This document shows, one piece after another, positions 52,065 through 64,000 of a stretch of DNA of 64,000 nt. Position 1 is the stretch's first letter, and each line of letters opens with the position of its first letter. Source of the DNA: Lama guanicoe (taxonomy: Eukaryota); assembly GCA_013239625.1 (NCBI GenBank), contig MU056050.1:6959838-7023837 (forward strand), given 5' to 3'. The notes under the pieces were generated by a model, which was not told the origin of the DNA, ran no database searches, and worked only from the letters and a program-made list of their open reading frames with translations. A program made the translations under genes and the position numbers.

Positions 52065-53140
52065 TACTAGTTTCCTTTTGCTGCTATAACAAATAACTAT
52101 AAACATAGTGGTTTAAACAACACAAATGTATTGTCTTATAGTTCTCAAGATCAGAAGTCTCAAACAGGTCTCACAGGGCTCAAATCAAGGTGTTGGCAGG
52201 GCTGCATTTCTTTGGGAGGCTCTAGGGGAGGATAATTTCATTGCCTTTTTCAATTTTTAGAAGCTGCCCACGTTCCTTGGTTCATGGTGCATCACTCAGT
52301 CCTCTGCTCCTGTAATCATATCTCCTCCTCTGACTCTGATCCTCTTGCTCCCTCTTTTGAAGGACCCTGTGATTACTTTGAGTCTACCTGGATAATCCAT
52401 GATATCCCTACCCCCTACCCCAATCTCACAATCCTTAAATTAATCATATCTGCAAAGTACCTTTTCTTGTGTAAGGTAAAGTATTCCACAGGTTCCGGGG
52501 ATTATGATGTGCACATCTTTGGTGGCAGTGGGCCATTACTCAGCCTACCACACCAGTGTTCTCTGCTGCCCAGGTCTCTTCTCCCTCCATCCCTCAACAG
52601 ATGCTCCTCTCAGTCTACTCTTCCTTGGCTCATGCCCTAGACATTTAATTCTTTTCTTTAAGCCATCAACAGTTTCCTGTTTTCCACCTTGTCCTCTTAG
52701 GAATGCATAAGCTGATTCAAACTAATCTGGGCAGCCTTGGAAAACATTGAGCTCTCTGTTATTGGAAATATGCAAACAGAGGATGAATGCTCACCTAGCA
52801 GGAGGGCCTTGGAAGGAGATCCTGCAGTGGTGCAAAACACCATTATTCCCACTGAGTTGTCTCTCAGTCCCTACTCTGTGATGACAGAGCAAGAGGTTGG
52901 AGTGATGCAAGGAACGGGTCACAAGGCACAGCGTGCAGACGGCCTCTAAAAACAGGAAAAGGCAAGGAAACAGATTCTTCCCCAGAGCCTCTAGAAAGAA
53001 CCAGGCTGGCACTTTGATGTTAGCCGATTGAAGCTGATTTTGAACTTCGGGACTCAAGAACTATCAGATAATAAATTTGTCTTGTTTTGAGCACTAAATG
53101 TGAGGTAATTTGTATGACAGCAATAGGAAGCTAATAAGCT
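52065..53140. mobile_element. Two MLT1 LTRs (minus ~52065-52555; plus ~52775-53140)
   Basis: ttgctgctataacaaat...aatcaaggtgttggcagggctg; ggcaaggaaacagattct...cagcaataggaagctaata. Confidence 0.8.
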
Positions 53141-53894
53141 GAGTTAAAGGGTTATTATGAGGAGACATTTCAAAAGCTGAGTCCTGGTTATATTGCTGCT
53201 TGGCAATGTCTCCTGCCCAGGAGACATCTGGTGGCAGTACTACAAAGGTTGCTACTTAGCCAGGAAAAAGCTTGCCAGCCTGAGATGCCAAATGCCAATG
53301 ACCAGGAAGCCCAGCAGAGGGCAGGCACTATGCAGGGAGCAAGCAATCCTTGGAAAGGCTTTGCTCCTGTCTGCCTATATACATAGGAAAGGTCTCTAAA
53401 AGGAAAGCTTTTCTGGGCACTTCTGGGTTGCTGTGATTGTTTTACATTACAGCTGTGCCCTCATGCAGGCCAGAGGGACACAGTGACTACCAAGATGTTT
53501 GAATCTGCCACTCAGGGCTCAGACCTTTCTTGCTCCTTTTATTTATTTATATTGTTGGGACTAGTACATCAACATCCTTCCCTTCCCTACAGAGTAGGAG
53601 TTAGGTGATACGACACACACTTTTGGGGGGGGGGCGTTAATGCCCATGGCTTGTGAAATGGGGTGGGGCGAGGGGAGAAAATACATATTCAATTAATATT
53701 TCTTGCTTTTTTCATTGAAGAATATACTTCAAGACTACACTCAAGGGGCCATTCTAGCCTGAATTTTATTGCCTTGATCAGGCAGTTGTTTCTGACTTTT
53801 TTCCTGAGGAAGATCTGGGGGTAAGATTTGGGAGTTGCAGAAGGGGTGAGGGGATTGTAACTGGGGGTATGTGGACTCTGAGAAGATTACTGTT

Positions 53895-54070
53895 TTTTTT
53901 AAAATTGAATTATAGTTGATTTACAATGTTGTGTTAGCTTCTGGTGTACAGCACAGTGATTCAGTTATATACATACATATATTCTTTTTCATATTCTCTT
54001 TCATTATAGGTTATTACAGGTTATTGAATATAGTTCCCTGTGCTATACAGTAGGACCTTGTTGTTTATCT
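53895..54070 (-). mobile_element. L1 3' end with near-perfect 12-bp TSD
   Basis: aagattactgtt (53883-53894) / aagattattgtt (54071-54082). Confidence 0.8.
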
Positions 54071-55139
54071 AAGATTATTGTTAATATTAGTAATATCTAC
54101 CTTTTATCATACACACTTTACATTCATGATCTCATTTAATTCTCACCATAGCCCTGCGAGATGATAGTATCACCAATGCACAGAGAAGTTCATTGAAGCT
54201 AATTAAATTGTTCAAGGTTCAACAGCAAGAAAGTGATAGAACTGGGGTTTGAACTCAGGTCTGCCAAGCCTCAGAGTCTATATTCTTTTAACTCTGTCAC
54301 TTGGTCTCTCCAGAATTGGAATGTTGTTACAGAAATGTAAGTTGCTGACCAGCAATAGAGTGAAAGCTGTGTGGCATCATCCTATGGCTTTGAAAACCTG
54401 TGTCCAGCCTCATGAAGGACGCTGGCCCCCACCACACTCAAGAAAAATGCTGCCAGCCTACATGAGACATCCTTGTGACTTGAGCCAAGACAGGCCTTCC
54501 TTGTGCTTTGTCTCTGAGTACTTGGCTTGCCCCTCAACTTGTCTCTTGATCAGGCTTCTCACTGCTTACAGACTGGATTCTGAACTTCTTAGCTTTATCT
54601 ACAAGGCCCTTCATAAAACGGCCTGAACTCTTCCATCTTCATGGGATGCCTTGCCCCATTCCATTCCCTAGTCACACCACATACTTTTCACACTTTGATG
54701 CTCTGGCCTTTGATGGTTATTCTTCTGTTGGTTCTTCTGCTCGAAATACTCACTTTGCATGGCACCCACCCTCTGTCTTCCATGTACATGGTGACTGCCT
54801 TCAAGACCTAGCTCAACTGTTACCCGCCTTTCTGTAGCTTTCCCCAACAATCTGCTTTCCACCCCAGCTCCATCTGATCCCCAGTAATCGAGTTAATCAA
54901 CTCCTTATCTAGTTCCAACAGCATTTCCCCTGTGCCTTCATTATGACACTCATCCCTTTGTATTATATTTATTCACACATCTGGTAACATTGTGAGCTGC
55001 TCAAAGGCAGGGACTGGGTCTTGTGGTCTTGTTGATGTTAGGTTGATCTTATTTATTTTTTTATATATATTTTTAGCTTAAAAAATGACCAGCATGGAAC
55101 ACCACCTCCTTTGTTATGACCCTGAGGCAAACTGCCCTC

Positions 55140-56065
55140 ATATCTTGCCCGAATTGTTGCAGAGCTTCCTAACTAGGATTCCTACTTCTACTCTAGGCAC
55201 TGCCCCCACTCCCCTGCCCTCTGCTGCCACCAGTCTGCAGCCAAGGTGATCCTGCTAAAATTGTAAGTCAGATTAAAATCCTTTGTTGGCTTCTTACCTC
55301 ACATTGAGTAAAATCCAAAGTTTTCACCCAACATGGCTGTGCCTGATCTGCTCCCTTGACCCCTGCTTATCTTGTGCATAGTGGCTAAGGGTACAGACTT
55401 TGGAGCCACACTACCTGGATTCAAATCCTGGCTCTACCATTTACCAGTTGTGTGACCTAGGGCAAGTAACTTAATCTCTCTGTGCCTCAGTTTCCTCATC
55501 TGCAAAATGGGGATAACAGTATCTACCTCAGGGTTGCTGTGAGAAGTAAATGAATTAATATGTGTAAAGTACCTAGAACAGTGTCTGGTACATGGTGGGT
55601 ACTAAATCAGATTTTGTTAAATAAACAAAAATTTGTCATTCTCTCCCTTGCCTGCTCCTCTCCTCACACTGGCCTTCTCAATCACACCCCTGCTCATGAT
55701 CTTTGCATGTACTGTTCCAGTTGCCTGGAGCACTCTTCTCCCAGATACCCCCAAGACTTGCTCCCCATCTTCTTGCGGGTCTCTGCCTCCATATCATTTT
55801 ATCAGGGAGGCCTTCTTTGACTGATCACTCTTTATAAAATAGTAACACTCTGTCACTCTCTGTCCCCTAATGCTGCTTTATTTTTCCTTCATAGCATTTA
55901 TCACCATCAGATATATATTTATGTGTCTATTTTCTTTCTTTCCCAACAAGAATATAAACTCCATAAGAACAAGAACTCCACTTGCTTGTTTAACGTTATA
56001 ATCCCAGCACTTACGACAATATCTAGCATATAATAGTTGCTCAATAAATATTTGTTGAATGAATG
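55140..56065 (+). mobile_element. L2 with nested MIR (~55375-55615)
   Basis: Well-preserved MIR (ttcaaatcctggctctacc...gcctcagtttcctcatctgcaaaatgggga); L2 tail ctcaataaatatttgttgaatgaatga. Confidence 0.8.
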
Positions 56066-58729
56066 AGTAAAAGACAAAAATGAGAAAATTGAGGTCATGC
56101 TTTCTCTGCCAAGATAACATGGACATGTGACAAAGTAAAAAATGTGATAAAAGTAAGATACCTGGACAAAGGTATGAAAATACTAACAGAATAGAAAGGA
56201 ATGATGGGAAGATAAAAGCCCCTTTCCCCATACCCTCATGTGTTTCCCTGAAGGTAACCATAGTTGTGGGTATTTTCAGTTTCATTAACCAATAAGTGTA
56301 TTGGTTGCTTGCTATGTGTGCAGGAAAGTCTCTGAAGTTTGAGGTGCTGAGAGCTTAAAGATGCAGAGCCTTTACCTTCCAGGATCTCACAATCTTTTTG
56401 GATGAGGAGCGGGGAGAGGGGAAGAATATAAAAGGGCTGTGATATGCTGCAGAATTCAGAAGCAGGAGCCATCACTGCGGGCTGGCAAAGTCAGAAAAGA
56501 TTTCCTGCATGAGAGATGCCTTGGTGGGAGTCTAGAGCCAAAGGCAGGTTTCAATCAGAGAGAGGCAGGTAGCCAAGGGGTATGGGGCTCTCTCAGAAGA
56601 GGTGTCTAGATTGGATAATGAAAGTGGCCTTCCAGGGAATGGATAGAAGTGTAGCCTGCCTGAAGTTGAGGCTTCATGGTGGGGAGCAGTGGGAGAAAAG
56701 ACTGGCGAATAGGGGCTGGGGCAGTTGTAAGAGTACTGAAAGAGCTAGGAGGCATGTGATAATGACTCCAAACAGCACTGAGAGTAGACAAGATGTATTT
56801 TATAGACACTGTAGGAGTGCAGTTATTAGGAATTGGTGATAGGATAGATATCTTTGGGTGAGGAGGAGAGAAGACTGAAGTGTGACATCTTGTTGTTGAA
56901 CCTGGGCAACAAGGAAAATGGTGATAATATTGCCTGGAACAGAGAAGTCAGGAGGGAAAGCTGTGGTGGGTTGGTGAAGTGGAGAGATGAATTTGGCTAG
57001 ACATATTGTTCAGCCTTTCCTTGAATGTGGGAAGTGCCTTCAGTTTCCTTAGCATTGCCCACAGAACCTAGAAATGAGCTCTGCATACAATGGGTGCTAA
57101 ATGAATGTTATTGGTGGAGAAAGGAGTAGAAGCTGGGAGAGCTGAAAATCTTCCCGGTTTGTCTGGGACATCTCCATGGGTGTGCTTCCAATTGGTAGGA
57201 ATTGGTAGATAAGATGATGCCTAGAGATATCTATAAGTCTGAGTGAAAAGGGGATGGGATCCAGAGGACCCTCTGAATTTAATGTGAGAGGAGGACCAGG
57301 GTTTGTCATTCAAGGTGGCCATTATTTGGTTGGTCTCACTCCCCTCTTTGGCTTCAGCTTCCTTCTGAACTCTGATGACCGAGGCCCAGATATTGCTCCA
57401 ATTCTCTCATTTCACAGTCGCCTAAAGAATCCAGCCAGATAATGCTGCACACTAGTTTACCACTTTGCAGTGATTATTTCAACCCTACAACTAAGCAACG
57501 CAAGGTTTCTAGGAGCAGATAAAACTTGTATGCAATCTGTCACTGTTTGGTTTTCATTGCCAAGGTAATCCTACAAAGTTAATGAATAGCTGGGTTGGAG
57601 TTGGGGAGGGGAATGGACACAGAATGAATGAAGAAACACTGTCCTTAGTGGGCAACCTCTGTTTTTCTTATTGGCAAGACACTTGGTACACGATGAACCA
57701 CTGAGGGTACAGTTGTCCCTCATCATCAAGGTGCTTTTATGAAGTGCCTAGTTTCTGGGGCTCTGAGGTAGGCCTACATAGAGAACTACACAGCTCTGGA
57801 CTTTCACTTTTAGATCACGCATGGTCTGAAACCAGATATTGATATGGACAGTGCAAAATGGATTCAAATCTTCAATATGGCTTAAATCACACATTATATG
57901 CCACCATCTCTTCTACAGGTTCCTGATTATTTCTGTAGTGAAACCTATCAAGCAAATATATCCTGTCTCCTCTATGATATTATTAGCTCCTTGAAGGCAG
58001 AGGACCCAAACTCCTGTCTACAGACTTGCTGTACAGGACAAATACAGATGCTCAGTAAAAATGGATAAATCAACCAGACCTGCTAGTTAGAGGCAGAGAA
58101 CCTTTCAAGCGAATTAACTCCTCTGAATTTGTTTCTTTTTCTATAAAATGGGGATAGTTGTATCTATAGACTTTGTGGGGTTGTTGAGGATGGAGAGCCA
58201 ATACATGTAAATTGCTTAGCACACAATCAAGCATTATCTGCAAGTGTTAGCTATGAATTTAACAATATCAATTTCTACCTCCTGCTTAAGTAGGAGAGAC
58301 TATGGAAAAGGGGTAGCATCTTTCACACATACCTGGGTATTCAATTCAACCTATGGAGGCACACTGGTCAGTTGCCTATGCATCGGGATTTGCGAGACAA
58401 AAAAGATTTACCGTCTCACATATCTTCTTCACTTTCCTGCCATAACTCCTGAACAGGGATGCTCTTATCGGGGTGTGCGCATGAGCAATTGGCTGGGAGG
58501 GAAGGCCAGAGTGGGGATTTGCACTGGGAGAGAAGGCTGGGACTCAAATCGCGGTATCAGGCAGCTTTTTCGGTCTTAATTCAGCAGGCATTTATAGCTA
58601 ACCCAATCAATACCAGGCGTCGTTCGGGAGCTGGTAGTCCTGTAACAGACCAGGCTCGCACTCTTGCCCTATTTCACAGACAGAGGAAGCGAGAGACTAG
58701 AGAAAAACTCTCCAGAAGAGCAAGTCCTA

Positions 58730-58909
58730 ATCAAACGATGAAAGCCGCTTCCCGAGCAAGTGCGCAGCGCCCCGCCCCCGCACGGCCGAGCTCTTCCGGC
58801 GCAAGCAAGCTCTGCAGAGACCAATGGGCGCGCGGCATCGGGGCCGCGCATGCGTCATGCAGCCTCTTCTGGAAGTCGCTTCCTAGGTGCCGAGCCCGAA
58901 CCCGCGGAG
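58730..58909 (+). promoter_or_regulatory. RBMX2: RBMX2 CpG promoter and 5'UTR
   Basis: GC box cgccccgccccc, ETS motifs cttccgg and ggaagt, CCAAT at 58821-58825, NRF1-type cgcgcatgcgt at 58845-58855. Confidence 0.85.
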
Positions 58910-61900
58910 ATGAAGTAAGGCCTCAGGTTCTGTCTGAGCAAATGGGGACAGGCAGCTCGGGGTGGCCCACCGGGGCGAGGGTGGTTGAGCATCTGCGGGG
59001 CCAAGGGGCGGGAGTGGTGCGGAGACTAGGAAATTAGTCCCCCAGTTTTGTTCTCCTTTACCTCAGGCCAGGCCGCGCTTACTTGTCCGCTTTTCCGCCT
59101 CCTCTGCAGCCCTTTAACTAAAGTGAAGTTGATCAACGAGTTGAATGAACGTGAGGTCCAGCTGGGGGTGGCAGAGAAAGTGTCTTGGCACTCCGAGTAC
59201 AAGGACAGCGCCTGGATATTCCTGGGTAAGGCCCGCATCTTTCTTCCGTAGGGCTCCTCATTCTCTCCTGGCCCGCTTCCTAACATTTCAGCATTCCCGC
59301 CTTTCATTCTTCCCGACGTTCACCACCCTCTTTTATTTCCTTCCGCTGTCTGCCTGTAAATCCGTTTTCCATATCTCTTTTCTCCCCCATTTCTAGTTTT
59401 CTCTCTGCCAAATCAGTGCTCATGATGGGTACTGTCTGACGGTCACTGCTAAGAATCGTGCCACTTGATTTCTCAGAGACCGTTATTATCATTACCTCCT
59501 TCCCCTAATATACAGGGAAGGAAGCTGAGGTGCAGAGAAGTTAATGGGTTTCTTTCAGGTCACATAGCCAGTAAGTGAATCAGCAAGAACTATGGGACTC
59601 TAGAACTTATAGTCTTAGCCACTATCCCGTATTACTGCCAACTCCCTCTCCCACTCATTCCCCTTTTCTCAGAATTTATTTTCCAAATCCAGATAGCTCC
59701 TTCCTTCTGTCCATGGCCGTATCACCATCCCTGTATTCACTTTGTCTCACATCTAGTAATTTGACAGTTTATTCGAAGAGGTTATTGCACTAGACATTGT
59801 GCTAAGCACTTTATATCCTTGTTTTATTCTGTGAGGTGAGTACTGATACTCCTATTTTAAAAATGAGGAAGGAAACATTTGCAGGGGAATTTATTTCCTA
59901 TGAAATGCTTAACAATTGATTTTATAATCCTTAGTCTGTGTGAGGTGGGGCTAATATCTGCATATTTAAACTAATTTTAGATCTTAGCTGTGAATCTGTG
60001 GAGAAAGAGAAGACAATTTCAAGATTGTTTGTGGAAGCTGGGTATTATCTGCTTTGTCCATAAGATTTTGAGTGTGAGGAGGCTTAGTTTGGTTAGGGGT
60101 GACCCCGACCTTTCCACTCAAAGTTACTCACTCCTTTTTTCTGTACTACTGCTACATCTTATATGTGCTTCTGTCATTGAATCAGACCATGAGTTCTTTG
60201 AGGGCAAACCCTATGGCTTACTCTTCTTCATGCCCCCAGTCCCTGGCCTAGTACATGCATGGTACATAGTAGACATATGGTAAATGTTTGCTGAACTGAG
60301 ATTTCTTTTTCTCTTCTAGGAGGGCTTCCTTATGAACTGACTGAAGGGGACATCATTTGTGTGTTCTCACAGTAAGTCCCCTTTCATTTCCTACCTTCTG
60401 GCTCATTAGAGTAGGTTTGCTTCCAGAATGCATTTTGTGGCATCCCAAAAGCCACTTATTTGAATTCTGGGCTGACAAACCTCCCTGCATCGGGAGGGCT
60501 GAAGCTTTTGTTCTAGTCTAGATCAGTCCCAGGACATTGTTCTGGAACTCTCCTAATGTGGAAAATCCAAGAAGTTGGATGAATTAGGAGGCTGCCTTGG
60601 GGATTCTGGCCTGTTTTTATTTATTTATTTATTTATTTTTATTATTATTATTTTTTTTTACTGAGGCCTACACTGAAACAGACTGGAATTCATTTCTAGT
60701 GTTTTCTGTTAAGTAAGATGCTAGATTTCGGGCCAAGGTGTCTATATATATATGGTCATGTTCTAACTTGTCCGTCAATTACAATTTTGGTTTTATGACT
60801 GTATTTTTAAATTTATGAAGCTTTAACTTTTTGGAATTAATCTTTTTATGAAGAATAATGTAGGATTTGTTCTATTTTCCATTTAATTAATTTCTGCTTT
60901 TATTTTTATTAACTCCCATCTGCTTTCCTTAGATTTGCTTTCTCTTATATTCATTCTTTCCTTTTTAACAATAAAATTCTTTAAGGTTACAAATTTTCCT
61001 GAGTGTGGTTTTAGCCATAACCTGTACGTTTTGGTATATGTTCTCATTTTTGTTATTTTATAAATTGTCTGCCATTGATTTTTTAAAAAAAATTTTGTTT
61101 CACTTTCTCTTTTGTCCAGTTGTTGCCTTTAGTAGGTTTCAAGTTCCAGTTAGTAGGGTATTTTTTGTTTTATTATTTCCAGCTGTATAACACTGTGATT
61201 GGAGAACATGGTGTGTGCTATTTTTGGAGATTATTAACGTTTACTTTGAGACCTAGTCTACAGTCAGTTTTAACACGTTTCATGGATTCTTGAGAAGAAA
61301 TTGTCATATTTTTGTAAGATCAAATGTATCTATATACCTACTAGTCTGCTGTGAATATTTGTTAACAATATAATTGCTATATTATTAATTATGTTTATTT
61401 GTATTTATATTGTATAATTTTATATTAATTTCTCTGACCTATTTTCTCAATATTATATGTTATAAACTTAAAATGGTATGTTAAAATCTCATAACTTTCA
61501 CTATTAGTTTCTCTCTATTTTAATTAAATTTTTTTATTTGTTCATTTATGTACAAAATTCCATGACATACCTTTGTTATGTATTAGGACCTTTTTTCAGT
61601 GTAAAAGAGCCCTCTTAGTCACATTTAAATGTTTTTTTTCTGTTGTTGGCCTTGAATTCATCTTTGATCTTTATAGTATCACCCATGTTTTAATTGGCTG
61701 ATCTTCATGTATCCTTGTCTAACTTTTTATTTTTAACCTTTCTATGTTAACTTGTTCTAGATGTGTCTCCTGTACAGACCATGTAATTTGAATTTTGTTT
61801 TGTTATCCAAGCTGAAAGTTTTTACATTTTAAATCAATAGTGTCTTACTCTTTTGTAAAATAAATAGATATGGGGAGATTGTTAACATTAATCTGGTACG

Positions 61901-63850
61901 AGACAAGAAAACTGGGAAATCCAAAGGATTCTGTTTCCTCTGCTATGAAGACCAGAGGAGCACAATTCTGGCTGTTGACAATTTTAATGGGATCAAGGTG
62001 AGTATGCTTACTAAGCAGGATGTGGCTGGACTTTTCCTGTGTGTCGGGGTTCGGTTTCATTTCCTACCTGATAGCCAAAGGCTCAAGGGCAGCTGGGGGT
62101 GTTGTGAAGGTTGCAGAGGTGTGGGGACATACTGACCAGAAAATGATCCCACGAAATAATTCCACTGGCTCATGACCCCACCAGCACTCATTCCTTTTCC
62201 CCATCTCTTAGCAAACCATCTCCTCAAGAGCATAGGTACCATGCCCTCTGCACCCAACCAGGCCACTGTTTCCCACCTTTCCCTCCTCACACTCCACTCT
62301 CATCTCTGATATAGCAGAGAACAAAGAGACTAGCAAAGACTGCTCTACCATGCTGTCCCATGTCAGGGGGTTTGGGGCTTCATGGTTTCATGACTGAGGA
62401 CATAGCCATGGATGTCTGTCATAAATCTCCACTGACTTAATACTGGGACTTGGAAATTCTCTAGTTAAAATCTGATGACAAATTCTACACAAGCAACTCA
62501 TTCTGAAGTTTTCTTCTTTGTTCCCTCTCACCTCCGTCCTTGTAAGTGAGACATTGGGCTAAGAGAAGGGGATGGGGCAAGTGAGGCTTATCTGTGCTCC
62601 ACATGGTCCCTCTGCTCGTTTAGGAAAAGCCCTGCAGTTGAATGAGTATTGTCACAGGTTGGGGGGTGACTCTTGACGTGGAGAGTTTGTCTCTGGTTGC
62701 ACCAGTATGGAACAGCTAGAGATTATAGGACAGGGTGGAACAAGGTTCTAGGCTTAGTTTTTAAGAAAGTCAGCCATGAAAGGGAGTCACCATAAAAGGA
62801 AGGTTTTCAAAAATGTTTTGAAATGGGGAATAGGATAGATAACAAAAGGTGCTCAGGCATAAAGGTAGGAATAACAACCTACCCTTGGATGGAACAGTGA
62901 AAGCCAGACTCTTCACATTTCGGATGACTTTGCCTCTAGAATAAGTATATATGTGTCTGAATGTTTTTATTTTAAATGAGGGGTTAATTTTTGATTCTTC
63001 ACCTGGTGAGTTGTGATTTGCAGCAAACGTATCAGTGTGAGGCAGCTGTTCCAGTATGGTTGAGGGTAGAGCACGATTTGAGGGCTTCAGACAAAAGAAA
63101 GTCTTTTCTAGGTTCTTCCCCTCTCCCAACTGTTGGTCTGCCTTGGCCTCATCCTAATTGCTGTGTTGAGAAAGCAGCTGTAGCATTGAGCTCCATTTCA
63201 GGAATTCCTTCTAGCTGCCAGGCTTTTTCATGGTGTGTTTCACTGTAAATTAATGTTACAGATTGAGGATAATTCACTGTTTGTGCATCTAAATTCTTAA
63301 CAGTTTTCCGTGCTGCTTGTGCTGTGGGGCAGTAATTCCCAGCCTTTTTTTTTTTTTCGCTTCATGGCGCATGTAGAACATGAAGGTATTTGTATGGAAC
63401 ATGGGGGTGCACTGATGAGACTGCCTAGTGACGCTTCCCCGGGGGCTCCAGCTGCCCCAAGCCCCACCTGGCTGCCCTGGGGCCTGAGTGAATTAATGTG
63501 TAGGTACATGTGCTGTGACACACCTGTTAGGCAGGTCTGCTTTTGAGATTTTCCAAAAAGTAGAATTAGCAGGAGGGTAATGGGTATGGTTCAAACAATG
63601 GCTTTGTGCAGCTGAGTTCAGATAGTTTGATAGAAGGGCTGTCTTTGCTGAAGCATTGCCTGTCTGTCTTAGATCAAAGGAAGAACTATCCGGGTGGATC
63701 ATGTGTCTAACTATCGGGCTCCTAAGGATTCAGAAGAAATGGATGATGTGACCAGACAGCTCCAGGAGAGGGGCTGTGGGGCTCACACCCCCTCACAGAG
63801 TTCATCTGAGGGCTCTGAAGATGACAAACCCACAAAAAAACACAAAAAAG
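58910..63850 (+). CDS. RBMX2: RNA-binding motif protein X-linked 2 (RES complex, Snu17/Ist3 orthologue), partial CDS: join(58910-58914,59110-59225,60320-60371,61868-61997,63673-63850); last exon beyond the window
   Basis: Exons 5+116+52+130+178 nt splice in frame to [51 protein letters not shown]...[10 protein letters not shown]...IRVDHV; RRM motifs RNP2 IFLGGL and RNP1 KGFCFLCY. Confidence 0.97.
59110..59225 (+). CDS. RBMX2: RBMX2 exon 2
   Basis: ctctgcag| ... CTG G|gtaag. Confidence 0.96.
60320..60371 (+). CDS. RBMX2: RBMX2 exon 3 ([16 protein letters not shown])
   Basis: ttctag| ... CA|gtaag. Confidence 0.96.
60790..61830 (-). mobile_element. Degenerate L1M fragment in RBMX2 intron 3
   Basis: T-rich with L1 antisense phrases (aaattttcct, ggagaacatgg, cttgagaagaa). 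Confidence 0.55.
61868..61997 (+). CDS. RBMX2: RBMX2 exon 4 ([43 protein letters not shown])
   Basis: aaatag| ... AAG|gtgag. Confidence 0.96.
63673..63850 (+). CDS. RBMX2: RBMX2 exon 5 ([22 protein letters not shown]...KKHKK)
   Basis: gtcttag| ... AAA G|gtaaaa. Confidence 0.95.
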
Positions 63851-64000
63851 GTAAAAAAGCGTTAAGACCTAAGAGAAGATTCTGGGTTGTCTTAGTGTTT
63901 GCTCTTCCTAGCATTCACTGTGAGTTGGTAATCAGTTCTTAAGTCTGAAGGTGGGGCATGTGGGAACCTTACTTTAATTGGGAAAGGAGAGGTATCAGCA

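Noticed and set aside
58459..59037. 192-aa ORF over the RBMX2 promoter
   Set aside because: Stop-poor CpG-island sequence with low-complexity Arg/Ala/Ser composition; not the RBMX2 frame.
63851..63942. Read-through of RBMX2 exon 5 into a hydrophobic tail (FWVVLVFAL)
   Set aside because: Lies past a valid donor at the expected position; no sequence evidence of use as a terminal exon.
1..64000. CRISPR arrays, tRNA/rRNA genes, prokaryote-type systems or intact autonomous transposons
   Set aside because: None seen; all repeats are truncated mammalian interspersed elements or microsatellites, and the remaining short ORFs fall in repeats or introns.

Overview
Mammalian genomic DNA containing the X-linked syntenic block SLC25A14 - GPR119 - RBMX2. 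The young L1 3' ends look artiodactyl and probably camelid; that assignment is recognised from memory, not searched. (1) SLC25A14 (UCP5/BMCP1), + strand, is complete: CpG-island promoter at ~8.3-9.2 kb, a likely non-coding first exon, and 10 coding exons (9139-35603) summing to 978 nt = 325 aa + stop. It has a tandem 5' splice site (325/322 aa isoforms) and a U12-type last intron. (2) GPR119, - strand, has an intact single-exon CDS at 49107-48100 (335 aa), a probable 3'UTR intron and several short uORFs. (3) RBMX2, + strand, has its promoter and coding exons 1-5 here; the last exon lies beyond the window. The rest is mostly L1, L2, MIR, MaLR/ERVL LTR and Tigger/hAT relics; many repeat boundaries are approximate. 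I see no convincing wholly novel biological system. The best leads are regulatory: the minor intron with a deviant branch point and competing U2 sites, a strong splice donor just upstream of the GPR119 ATG, CTCF motifs bracketing GPR119, a 129-bp duplication split by an L1 upstream of GPR119, the Met-Lys-stop intron 1 of RBMX2, and an unexplained GC-rich insert at ~4.8 kb.
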